NCBI GenBank assembly: GCA_963804995.1
Contig: CAWDSK010000003.1
Coordinates: 608,001 to 672,000 of the forward strand
Source: an uncultured Acidobacteriota bacterium
GTDB taxonomy: Bacteria; Acidobacteriota; Terriglobia; UBA7540
Direction of reading: 5' to 3'
Length of the DNA stretch: 64,000 nt
Every line of letters begins with the position of its first letter. Within the stretch, counting starts at the first letter, position 1. Shown one piece after another: positions 1-8,977 of this stretch. Made by a program: the position numbers and the translations under genes. Below the pieces are notes generated by a model. The model saw only the letters and a list, made by a program, of their open reading frames with translations. It searched no databases and was not told the origin of the DNA.

Positions 1-128
1 CCTCCCCCCCAAAGAGGCAAGGGGGGAGATAATTTGAATTTGCTCGGGTAAGCCGAAGATACGGAATTCATAGCTCTCCCCAAGGGCAGAGTTAATTTAC
101 TCGGATGAGAGAAGAAGTTGAATTCATA

Positions 129-197
129 GCCCTCTCCAGGGGGAGAGGGTGGACCGCAGCCGGCGTACTCATCAGCCGGGGCGGGACGGGTGAGGGG
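129..197 (-). repeat. Palindromic repeat family A (CCCCTCACCCGTCCCGCCCCGGCTGATGAAAACGCCGGCTGCGGTCCACCCTCTCCCC..GGAGAGGGC), inverted copy
   Basis: Same ~70-bp unit recurs at 360, 6201, 6374, 21307, 27435, 35598, 35706, 35852, 40235 and 49556. Confidence 0.9.
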
Positions 198-205
198 TTC
201 CTTCG

Positions 206-300
206 TCAGGCTGATGCCGCCTGTTTGATCGCCCGATTGTTCAGAACCATACCGTTCTTAATTCGCAACAGGCGCATGCCGGGAGATCGCAAGTCATCGC
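206..300 (-). pseudogene. Probable DUF559/Vsr-like endonuclease C-terminal remnant
   Basis: Reads DDLRSPGMRLLRIKNGMVLNN, resembling the DUF559 tail (DxxLxxxGxRVLRFxNxxVLxN); lies between two family A repeats. Confidence 0.4.
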
Positions 301-359
301 CTCTGTCCGCGCCTCTGAAAAAGCTGTGTGGATGCTTTGCGGTTGCTGGCCGGAAGTAA

Positions 360-429
360 CCCCTCACCCGTCGCGCTCCGGCTGGTGCAAGCGCCGACAG
401 CGCGCCACCCTCTCCCCAAGGGCGAGGGC
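360..429 (+). repeat. Repeat family A copy
   Basis: ccctcacccg...ccaccctctccccaagggcgagggc. Confidence 0.85.
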
Positions 430-1041
430 TGGGGTCGCTCGTGCGGAGGGCCCCGGAGTACGTCCATCCCAAATTCAGCAAGTATCGGGTTGCGAGGTCC
501 GGAAATACTTTTCATGATGCTATCGAGACAAAGGAGTTCCTGGCGTCAAAAGATGCGCCCAGCACTTCCAAGGTGACCCGCGTCAAGTTCCGGAACTTCT
601 CTCGCCGCGGTTCCGTATGGGACTTGGAAGCGGCAAGCAGGGGGGGATTGTAAAAGAATTGTCAACGTGACCCGATGACCCAACTATTTTGGAAATGGCG
701 CGTCTAATGATGGAGCAGCCCGTGAAGACGCAAGGCAACGCATTTCAGCTAACGGTCCGCGCCATGGGACGTCTAATGGGCAGGTAGGTTAGGGCAAGAA
801 AAAAGGGGTTAAATGGACTGCCGTTGCTGACGGTTTGGCGGCCTTGGCAACGACACTCCCCGGGGGAAAGACGCGAAGCGTTAGCTTCCCGCTTTCCATT
901 TAACTCCACCTGATTTTAGGGGCCTTCTTCGGGCAATTACAAGTGAAACATTGCTGAAACCAGGCGGGCAGTCAAGGCAACTCCGGCTCGGGGATCGCCA
1001 GGATCACAACCCAGTCAACCACCATCCACAAGGAGGATGAT

Positions 1042-1401
1042 ATGAAACTGAGAAAGATCATGGGGATCACAATTGTCGCGCTGGCTTTCATGATCGCGGC
1101 CGGCGCGGAGGCCAAATCCAAGAACTCTGCAAACCTGCTGATCCCGTACGAAGGATCTGTGGCAGGTTCGCACTTAACCAGCGGCCGATACCACGTGGAG
1201 TGGCAGACCCATAGCCCGGAGGCCACTGTCACCTTCGTGCTGCAAGATAAAGTCGTCGCTACCGTTTCAGGCAAGGTAAAGGACCAGGGAGAAAAGTCCA
1301 CCAACAACCAGGTCATCTACGACGAACACGCCGATGGTTCGCGTGAAATCAAGGAAATCCGGTTCGCGGGGTCGAGTGAAGTAATTGTGTTCAATGAGTA
1401 G
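1042..1401 (+). CDS. Small secreted hypothetical protein
   Basis: AAGGAGG RBS, signal peptide ending AEA, 119 aa. Confidence 0.85.
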   Translation: MKLRKIMGITIVALAFMIAAGAEAKSKNSANLLIPYEGSVAGSHLTSGRYHVEWQTHSPEATVTFVLQDKVVATVSGKVKDQGEKSTNNQVIYDEHADGSREIKEIRFAGSSEVIVFNE

Positions 1402-1556
1402 GAATACTCGGTGAGACCCAGGGCACAGGTAGCTCCAGCCTGACTGCCCTGGCCGCCGGGTGTGACATGGCAGGCTGAGCGCGCCTCTTCACGTCCGCCT
1501 CCTGGCCCACCTTTTCTCGTGGGCAGCCTCGGGCCGTCAAGGTAAAATGCCAAGGC

Positions 1557-2258
1557 ATGGTTCCGATTCCTCTCACTGACCACATCCGCCGCCGGAGCTT
1601 TTGGACCATCACGCTTCTGCTGATCATAGTGAACACCTGGGCCTTCATCATGGAGCTCTCGCTCGGGCCGCACCTCAACCGCTTTATTCTGCTCTACGGA
1701 CTGATCCCCGCTCGCTACGCGCCCCAGAAACTTTTCGCGTTGCCGGCGGAATTCACGTTCGTTCCCCTATTCGTTTCCATGTTCCTGCACGGAGGCTGGC
1801 TGCACCTGCTGGGAAACATGCTCTTTCTTTTTGTCTTCGGGCGCAGCATTGAAGACCGGGTCGGCCACATCCCTTTTCTGTTCCTTTATCTCGTCTCGGG
1901 CGTTGCTGCCGCCGTGGTGCAGATCGCCGCCAGCCCGGCATCGAAGATTCCCACCATCGGGGCCAGCGGCGCCATTGCCGGAGTCCTGGGCGCCTATTTC
2001 GTGTGCTACCCCGGGGCGCGAATCACTACACTTATCCCCCTCTTCTTTTTCTTTTGGACCGTCCAAATCCCCGCCATCTTTTTGCTCGGATACTGGTTCC
2101 TGATTCAGTTCGTGGCGGGGTTCCAGATGCTCTCCATCCAGAATGTGACGACGGGGGGCGTCGCCTGGTGGGCGCACATCGGCGGGTTCATCATCGGGGC
2201 GTTTTTAGGCCTGGTCATGCGGCCGCGGCGGCGCGGTCCGGTTGTGGAGATGGTGTAG
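1557..2258 (+). CDS. Rhomboid family intramembrane serine protease
   Basis: HGGWLHLLGNM, GASG and AHIGG motifs; multiple TM segments. Confidence 0.95.
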   Translation: MVPIPLTDHIRRRSFWTITLLLIIVNTWAFIMELSLGPHLNRFILLYGLIPARYAPQKLFALPAEFTFVPLFVSMFLHGGWLHLLGNMLFLFVFGRSIEDRVGHIPFLFLYLVSGVAAAVVQIAASPASKIPTIGASGAIAGVLGAYFVCYPGARITTLIPLFFFFWTVQIPAIFLLGYWFLIQFVAGFQMLSIQNVTTGGVAWWAHIGGFIIGAFLGLVMRPRRRGPVVEMV

Positions 2259-2262
2259 TAGG

Positions 2263-2477
2263 CGGGATAGGGGGTACGGGGTACGGGACACGGGATACGG
2301 GATCCGGGGTTGGGGACAGGGGAAGACTTTTAAGCCCTGATAAGGTCCATCGCACTTCAGGAAAAGCGACGGATTCAAGAGGAACCCGAAGCTAAAGTCT
2401 CGAGTTCCGAGGCGAGAGTCCCGAATCCCGAACCCCTAATCCCGTGTCCCGTATCCCGTTTCCCGTATCCCGTGTCG
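2263..2477. repeat. Inverted arrays of 7-bp repeats (GGGATAC-like / TCCCGTA-like)
   Basis: G-rich heptamers at ~2263-2322 face C-rich heptamers at ~2400-2477. Confidence 0.85.
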
Positions 2478-3411
2478 TTGCCTCTTCTCCGCGCTCGCGT
2501 TCTGTCAGGTATACACCCGTCAGAATCAGCACGCCGCCAATCAGGACCTTCGTCGTCAGTCGCTCGGAAAGCAACCAGATGCCCAGCGTGCTGGCGATGA
2601 CCGGTTGCAAGTAGTTGAACGCCGCGATGCGCGACGCCGCCAGTTCCCGGATGGCATAGGCAAAGAACATGTAAGGCACGACCGAACCGAACAGCACCAT
2701 GAACGCCAGGCCCCACCACGCTTCCAGACGCAGGGCCGCCCAGGGAGTCGCGACGACCGCGCGGAAGCAGAACGGCAGCATGAGAATCGCGCCGAGGCCG
2801 AAGACCAAAGTATTGAGCGTCAGCGCGTCGTAATCGTTTGCCACCTCTTTCATCAGGACCGTATAGATCGCGAATAAGGCCGTGCCCACCACCAGAATCA
2901 CGTCGCCCGTCCAATGTGCACCGTTTCCCCCCACCGTTTTGTCGGCCGTCAGGATTCCCACCCCGGCAAACGAAATCACCATGCCCACAAATTTCCAACC
3001 CGTCAGGGGTTCCAATCTGATTAACACCGCAATAACCAGGACCATCACGGGTCCCAGAGCCACGATCAATCCGGCATGGGCGACCGTGCTGCGCTCAAGG
3101 CCTCCAATAAAGAAGATCTGATTCAGGGCTACGCCGCTCAAGGCCGTGGCCGCAAGTAAAAGCCACTGGCGGCGCGACAGCCTCAGGCGCCGTCCTCGCC
3201 CCGCAGCCAGAAACCAGAGGGCGTAAGTCACTGCCGTGCCCAGCACACGAAGTTGCGCCAGGGCGAGAGCCGCGAACCCGGTCAGCCCCTGCTTGCCGGC
3301 AATGATATTACTGGCCCAGCAAACGGTAACCAACAACATCATGAGATGTAAACGGCCGTGGTGGGGATGAGGCGTGGACGGGGCGGGCGGAACCGGCGCG
3401 ACGTTACTCAA
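2392..3411 (-). CDS. EamA/DMT family transporter
   Basis: About 10 TM segments, CWASN and AAFNYLQPV motifs; start probably TTG 3411 overlapping the upstream stop, or ATG ~3342. Confidence 0.9.
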   Translation of the reverse strand: MSNVAPVPPAPSTPHPHHGRLHLMMLLVTVCWASNIIAGKQGLTGFAALALAQLRVLGTAVTYALWFLAAGRGRRLRLSRRQWLLLAATALSGVALNQIFFIGGLERSTVAHAGLIVALGPVMVLVIAVLIRLEPLTGWKFVGMVISFAGVGILTADKTVGGNGAHWTGDVILVVGTALFAIYTVLMKEVANDYDALTLNTLVFGLGAILMLPFCFRAVVATPWAALRLEAWWGLAFMVLFGSVVPYMFFAYAIRELAASRIAAFNYLQPVIASTLGIWLLSERLTTKVLIGGVLILTGVYLTERERGEEATTRDTGNGIRDTGLGVRDSGLSPRNSRL

Positions 3412-4510
3412 AGGCTTCCTTCCGCACGGTGGCCTTTTCAATCCGCTCGAGATTGGGGGTGAATCCCAGCCCCACCGTCTGCGGCACCTGGATCGTGCCC
3501 TGCGCGGTGACTGTGACCTCCGGATCGATGATGTCCTCCGCCCAGTAGCGGCGGCTGGCGGAGACATCCCCCGGCAGCGTGAAGCCCGGCAGCGTGGACA
3601 TGGCGATGTTGTGCGCGCGGCCAATGCCGGACTCCAGCATGCCTCCGCACCACACGGGAATATTCCTGGCACGGCACACGTCGTGAACCTGCCGCGCGGA
3701 CGTGAATCCGCCCACGCGCCCCAGCTTGATGTTGATGATCTTGCCGGCGCCGATTTCCAAACCTTTCCTCGCGTCGTCGGCGCTGTGAATGGATTCATCC
3801 AAACAAATCGGCGTCGCGAGTTCCCGTTGCAGCCTGGCGTGGTCCACCAGATCATCCCAGCCCAACGGTTGTTCAATCATCATCAGGTAGAAGCGATCGA
3901 ATTCCTTGAGATGAGCAGTGTCTGCAAGCGAATAGGCGCTATTCGCGTCAGCCATCAGCAGGATGCGCGGAAACTTCGAGCGAATCCGCTCCAGCACATT
4001 CACATCCCAGCCCGGCTTGACCTTCACCTTGATACGTTGATACCCCGCGGCCACTTCACGCTCGATCTTCTCGAGCAACTCCTCGATCGAGTTCTGGATG
4101 CCGATCGAAACCCCGCAAGGGATTTCCCTGAGCGTCCCGCCCAGCAACTTCCAGAGCGGCAGATTCTGCCGTTGCGCCTCAATGTGCCAGAGCGCATTCT
4201 CCAGCGCTGCCTTCGCCATGTTGTGCCCGCGGATTGGTCGGAAGCGGGGCGCCACATCGCCCGGCGCGGCCCACTCTTTTCCCAGCGTCCAGGGAATCAG
4301 CAGATCACGCAGGATGTGCCAGGCCGTATCGGGAGTCTCATGGCTGTAAAACGGATGCTCGCCACAGGTCACCTCCCCCCAGCCGGTGAGCCCGTCCGCC
4401 TGCACTCGCACCAGGACGATGCGGCGTGTGGTGGTGCGCCCAAAGCTCGTCTCAAAGAAATGCACGAGGGGCAGTCGTAACTCTCGAAGTTCGATTCTTT
4501 CAATTCTCAT
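3404..4510 (-). CDS. menC: o-succinylbenzoate synthase / N-succinylamino acid racemase (enolase superfamily)
   Basis: FETSFG, KVK, DAN, EQP, LDES, CGGMLE and GDVSAS motifs. Confidence 0.9.
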   Translation of the reverse strand: MRIERIELRELRLPLVHFFETSFGRTTTRRIVLVRVQADGLTGWGEVTCGEHPFYSHETPDTAWHILRDLLIPWTLGKEWAAPGDVAPRFRPIRGHNMAKAALENALWHIEAQRQNLPLWKLLGGTLREIPCGVSIGIQNSIEELLEKIEREVAAGYQRIKVKVKPGWDVNVLERIRSKFPRILLMADANSAYSLADTAHLKEFDRFYLMMIEQPLGWDDLVDHARLQRELATPICLDESIHSADDARKGLEIGAGKIINIKLGRVGGFTSARQVHDVCRARNIPVWCGGMLESGIGRAHNIAMSTLPGFTLPGDVSASRRYWAEDIIDPEVTVTAQGTIQVPQTVGLGFTPNLERIEKATVRKEAFE

Positions 4511-5270
4511 AAGCCTCCAACAAATAATGAGCGGATTCCTTATCGTGGGTAAAACCTGTTATCGCCAGCTTTTCCCCGAAACAGGATTGCAATTGCTCGC
4601 GGACACGTCCTTGCCAGGTCCGGGCCTCCTCGATATTCTTTTTGATCAAGGCATCGACGTCAGTCGGGATCTCGACAACTCGGGCCGGCTTCTTACGCGG
4701 ATTCCGGACGGGCTTGCCGGCTAGAGCCCGATTGACCCGCAGCGATTGCAGCCGCCATTCGGCAATCAACCGGTCACTCGGCAGGCCTTGCTGAAACCGG
4801 CTATCCACGTGGCCATAATAATCAGGCTCATATCTTCGTACGATGACCCCCAGACGATTGATATTCAGGTTGGCATTCTTCGCTCGCAGCGGATCAAAGG
4901 ACCACTCGATGGAATCAATCCCCGCGCCCAGAGCAAGATCCCGCTGCGCGAGCTTGAGTGCCCTGCCCAATCCCCGGTTTTCGTGGCCGTGCATCACGCC
5001 GAGAGACAAGGAATGCAGGTAACGATGTCTTCCGTGCCACGCCGGCATGGACGCCACAAAACCCACCTGCTCGCCCTGGATTGTGAAGGCTCCCAAAACA
5101 TGCCCGCCAATCCGGCCCAGGTTGACAAACAACCGCTGGGGATAAAGCTCATGCTCAGCGTAGCCCCAGATGTCTTTCTGAATCCGCACGCACGCGGCCA
5201 GATCCTCGAGCTTTTCGCACAGCCGGATGGAATACGCTACGGGGTTTCTCGACCTTTGATTTCTTGCCAA
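4500..5270 (-). CDS. GNAT acyltransferase (NSAR-associated succinyltransferase-like)
   Basis: HSLSLGV, GLGRALKLAQR, WSFDPL and PSDRLIAEW motifs; adjacent to NSAR/MenC. Confidence 0.85.
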   Translation of the reverse strand: MARNQRSRNPVAYSIRLCEKLEDLAACVRIQKDIWGYAEHELYPQRLFVNLGRIGGHVLGAFTIQGEQVGFVASMPAWHGRHRYLHSLSLGVMHGHENRGLGRALKLAQRDLALGAGIDSIEWSFDPLRAKNANLNINRLGVIVRRYEPDYYGHVDSRFQQGLPSDRLIAEWRLQSLRVNRALAGKPVRNPRKKPARVVEIPTDVDALIKKNIEEARTWQGRVREQLQSCFGEKLAITGFTHDKESAHYLLEAYEN

Positions 5271-6109
5271 ATGGACTCCATTTCTTCCAATGAACAGTCC
5301 TGCAACTTCTTCCCGCGCTTCCCAACCTCCTGCTCCATCGCCCGGAAGCGTCGCTCGAATTTCTGATTGGCGCGGCGCAGAGTGCTTTCAGGGTCGGAGC
5401 GCAGAAAGCGCGACAGGTTCGCCACTGCAAACAGCAGATCGCCAACCTCTTCCTCCACGCGCGCGGCAGGACGCGTCGTTTGCGCCGCCAGCTCCTCGCG
5501 TAGCTCGCCAACCTCTTCATCAATCTTGTCAAGCAGGTCGCCAACCTTTGCCCAATCAAACCCAACCTCTTGGGCCCTTACGCCCAATTCATACGCCTCG
5601 AGCGTGGCAGGTAGCGAGGATGGAATTCCATCGAGTATGGAAGCTTTCTCTGGCTTTTTCTCGGAGGACCGTTCCTGATCTTTGACGGCGAGCCAGCTCT
5701 TGAGGGCTTCTTCGGCATTCCTTGCCTGCACTTCGCCGAAAACGTGCGGATGCCGCCGGATTAGCTTCGCGTGCACCCGCTCGATTACGTCGTCAAGGGT
5801 AAATCGCCCTTCCTCCTCCGCCAGTCGCGAATAGAACACGACCTGAAAGAGCAAATCACCCAGCTCGTCCTCCAAGCCATCAAAGTCACGGGCGTTAACC
5901 GCATCGATAACTTCGTAGGCCTCTTCAAGCAACAGGCCTTTCATGGAAACGTAGTCCTGGTCGCGGTCCCACGGACACCCTTCCGGACTCCGCAGGTGCG
6001 CCGTCAGCTCGATAAGTTTTCGAAGATTTTCTCCGGCCAGGGCAGCTCCAGCTTCTCCCGAGACGGCTCCCGGTAAGCAAGGTATTTTGTCACGCAGGTA
6101 ATCTATCAA
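5237..6109 (-). CDS. mazG: Nucleoside triphosphate pyrophosphohydrolase MazG
   Basis: GCPWD, EEAYE, ELGDLL, RRHPHVF, second EEEVGDLLF domain. Confidence 0.95.
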   Translation of the reverse strand: MIDYLRDKIPCLPGAVSGEAGAALAGENLRKLIELTAHLRSPEGCPWDRDQDYVSMKGLLLEEAYEVIDAVNARDFDGLEDELGDLLFQVVFYSRLAEEEGRFTLDDVIERVHAKLIRRHPHVFGEVQARNAEEALKSWLAVKDQERSSEKKPEKASILDGIPSSLPATLEAYELGVRAQEVGFDWAKVGDLLDKIDEEVGELREELAAQTTRPAARVEEEVGDLLFAVANLSRFLRSDPESTLRRANQKFERRFRAMEQEVGKRGKKLQDCSLEEMESIWQEIKGRETP

Positions 6110-6200
6110 GCTACCCCAATAAACTGCAAGAGGTGCTGTTGCATGGCGCTCGCGGAGATATCAAATCCCTGCGGCCCCGAATGCATTATCCTCGAAGAGA

Positions 6201-6438
6201 CCCCTCACCCGCCTGCGGGCCGAAGCTGAAGTTGTTTACTGCTCCCAATTCCCCCTTCGGTGGGCGAAGGCCCGTCCCGCCCCGGCTGATGAAAACGCCG
6301 GCTGCGGTCCACCCTCTCCCCTCGGAGAGGGCCATGATTTCAATTTCGATCCCACGAGGTTGAAAAAAGCGTTTCACCCGTCCCGCCCCGGCTGATGAAA
6401 ACGCCGGCGGCAGTCCACCCTCTCCCCTCGGAGAGGGC
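6201..6438 (+). repeat. Two family A copies; the first is interrupted by a ~59-bp insert
   Basis: Consensus split at CCCG 6208-6211 / 6271-6274; second copy 6374-6438. Confidence 0.85.
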
Positions 6439-6460
6439 CATGAGTTCAATACAAGGCGTG

Positions 6461-7435
6461 CTACCGGCCACGCCGAGCGGTCAGGAACGCTTCGAGCGCT
6501 TGTTGCGAGGTATGTTGTGGCGTGTAGCCAAACGTGGTCTTCAGACGTGTAATGTCACCCACCCAAGGGTAGCGGATCAAATCAAGAATGCCCGCGGGAA
6601 AGGGTGAAAGCCGCAACTTCCAGAGGAGATTCGTCAGCGGGTAGAGAATCGCTGCCGGCAGTGCCCAAGGCCGTTTGCCACCAGCTCGAACCACTTCACT
6701 GTAAGAAATTATGCTCTCACCCGCGCAGTTGAAGATCCCCCCCGTGTCGGATTTCAAGGCTCGCAGCAGGATTTCACTCGTATCTTCCTCGGAGAGGAAC
6801 TGGAAGGGTGGATCCGCTCCACGCACCTGAAACATCCATGGAAACGAGCGCCACGGCCAGTCCATCATCTTCGAGACGATGTTCTGCGTATGCGGGCCCA
6901 GCACGATGGCCCCTCGCAGCAGCGTGACCCGCACGTCCGGGTGCTGCTCCATGAAATCCTGCACCACACGATCGACCTCAGCCTTATGGTAGGAGTAAAG
7001 ATAACGCGGCGTGCCCGTGGGTTTGGTGTCCTCGTTAATCCAGGGCGGCTCCGTGGGATTTCGCGGGTTCACGTAGGCCGTGGTGCTGCCGGCGTAAACC
7101 ACACGCTCCAGACCCGCGGCAGCCGCAGCCCGGAAAAAGTTAAGAGTACCCCGCACATCCACCTCGCGGTGACGCCGGGCATCGTGAATGGGATTAAATT
7201 GCCAGGCCAGGTGCAACCCGGCATTGATCCGCCGCTTGGTCCAAAACTCCGCCAACAGCTCCCAGGGAGCGGTCAAATCGAAGCGCAGGAACTCCGCGGC
7301 ACAGGGCAAATCAAATTCCCGACGGTTAATGTCCAGGCCCAGGATGAATTCGCACTCGGGATCGGCGCCGAGCCGTGACATAACCTGCTGAGCCAGGTAC
7401 CCGCTGCTCCCGGTGATTGCCAATCGCAGCTTCAT
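6461..7435 (-). CDS. NAD-dependent epimerase/dehydratase (extended SDR)
   Basis: ITGSSGYLA and YSYHK motifs; true start MKLRL at 7435. Confidence 0.9.
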   Translation of the reverse strand: MKLRLAITGSSGYLAQQVMSRLGADPECEFILGLDINRREFDLPCAAEFLRFDLTAPWELLAEFWTKRRINAGLHLAWQFNPIHDARRHREVDVRGTLNFFRAAAAAGLERVVYAGSTTAYVNPRNPTEPPWINEDTKPTGTPRYLYSYHKAEVDRVVQDFMEQHPDVRVTLLRGAIVLGPHTQNIVSKMMDWPWRSFPWMFQVRGADPPFQFLSEEDTSEILLRALKSDTGGIFNCAGESIISYSEVVRAGGKRPWALPAAILYPLTNLLWKLRLSPFPAGILDLIRYPWVGDITRLKTTFGYTPQHTSQQALEAFLTARRGR

Positions 7436-7549
7436 GGCGCGGATTATAGTCACGAGCCAAGCGCACCACAACAAATAAACCCTCCGGCACTCTGGTTCCT
7501 TGCTAAAATCGCGCTCGTTGTATGTTTCACATTCCGGAAGTGAGGTCCT

Positions 7550-8890
7550 ATGTTGAAGAACTATCGAGATGTTTCTGCCCAAGCTTGGGTTTTTTCCCCT
7601 GTCCTCGTGCTGCTCTTTGGGTTGCTCAGCCCGCTCGTGATGTTCAGCCAGACGGAAGGTCTGACCGTCACGGTCGGCCCCGCCGACGCCGACGTCATTG
7701 GCACGGACAACCTTGCTATCCAGAAGGCGATTGATCGTGTGGCCGCGGCGGGCGGCGGCACCGTGGTGATTAAGGCCGGCACGTATATGCTCGCCAATTC
7801 CGTGCGGCTCGCGAGCCACTTGACGCTGCGCGGCGAGGGGCCGGGAAAAACCCTGCTCAAGAAAATCCCCGGTGTGCGCAGTAATTTGAAACTCGACGCC
7901 GACTACGCCGAAATGATGGCGACGGTAGAAGACGCGCGCGGATTTGCGCCCGGCATGGGCGTCACAGTCCTTGACAAGGTCAACCCCGACGGCTGGACGC
8001 CCAGCGTCCGAACCATCGTGCGTATCGACGGGAACACGCTCTACTTCGACCGTTTCCTGCAAATGGATTATTCCGTGGAGAACCAAGGCGTGGTGTTCAA
8101 CACCTTTCCCCTGCTTGCGGGGTTTGACGTCCAGGACGTACAGATCGAAGACCTGACGGTGGACGGTAGCCGCGCCGATAGCAGCATTCTGGATGGCTGC
8201 CAGACGGGCGCCATCTACTTCTTCCATTCCCAGCGCATGACCATTCGCAACTGCGTGGCGCGCAATTATCCGGGGGACGGCATCAGCACGCAATTTGTGG
8301 TAAAGCCGGTGGTAGAAAACTGCGAGGCTTACGGCAACGCCTACCTGGGGATTCACCTGGGTACGGGTGCGGCCGAGGGAATTGTCCGCGACAATCGTGC
8401 CCACGATAACGGCCAGGACGGGCTGTTCCTCTGCTGGCGCGTCCAGCACGCGCGCTACGAAGGCAACCAATCATGGAATAATGGCCGGGACGGCATATCC
8501 CTGGGCCATAAGGATACCGATAATATCTTTTCCAAGAACGTAGTCAGCGGTAATGCGCGGGCGGGAATCTATTTCCGCGATGAACGCGAGGCGAACGCCG
8601 CCAGCCGCAACACCTTCGAAGAAAACGTGATTGAGGATAACGGGCGGCCTGGCGCCCCGGGTTACGGTATCCGCATCGAAGGCGAGACGCGCGACCTTAA
8701 ATTCATTTCCAACACCATCCGCTCAAACCGCCGGGATGGGGGGGTCGTACAGCCGGTGGGAATCTATATCGGGCCCAAAGCCGACTCTGTTACCTCGGAA
8801 CGCAACATGTTTGTCGGGCAACTTAAGCAGGCCATCGTCGATGAGTCCACGGGCGGCCACAATCAGATTGCCCAACCTGGTGGGAGATAG
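7550..8890 (+). CDS. Secreted right-handed beta-helix (pectin lyase-like) protein
   Basis: DNLAIQKAID..GGGTV motif, repeated N-G-x-D-G-I strands, signal peptide. Confidence 0.85.
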   Translation: MLKNYRDVSAQAWVFSPVLVLLFGLLSPLVMFSQTEGLTVTVGPADADVIGTDNLAIQKAIDRVAAAGGGTVVIKAGTYMLANSVRLASHLTLRGEGPGKTLLKKIPGVRSNLKLDADYAEMMATVEDARGFAPGMGVTVLDKVNPDGWTPSVRTIVRIDGNTLYFDRFLQMDYSVENQGVVFNTFPLLAGFDVQDVQIEDLTVDGSRADSSILDGCQTGAIYFFHSQRMTIRNCVARNYPGDGISTQFVVKPVVENCEAYGNAYLGIHLGTGAAEGIVRDNRAHDNGQDGLFLCWRVQHARYEGNQSWNNGRDGISLGHKDTDNIFSKNVVSGNARAGIYFRDEREANAASRNTFEENVIEDNGRPGAPGYGIRIEGETRDLKFISNTIRSNRRDGGVVQPVGIYIGPKADSVTSERNMFVGQLKQAIVDESTGGHNQIAQPGGR

Positions 8891-8977
8891 AGGGCTTTCA
8901 CAACAACTCCCCCGCGATGGATCATCAACGCGCGGCCTTTTTCGTGCCTGCGGATGAGCCAGCAGGAGACCTGACAT

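Noticed and set aside
105..653. Short ORFs with PSPVPPRLMKTPAAVHPLP-type peptides here and elsewhere
   Set aside because: They are translations of repeat family A.
3412..3876. N-terminal extension of the EamA ORF
   Set aside because: It overlaps menC in another frame and is not protein-like.
7436..8470. N-terminal extension of the 669-aa ORF
   Set aside because: It is the antisense shadow of the beta-helix gene; the epimerase starts at 7435.
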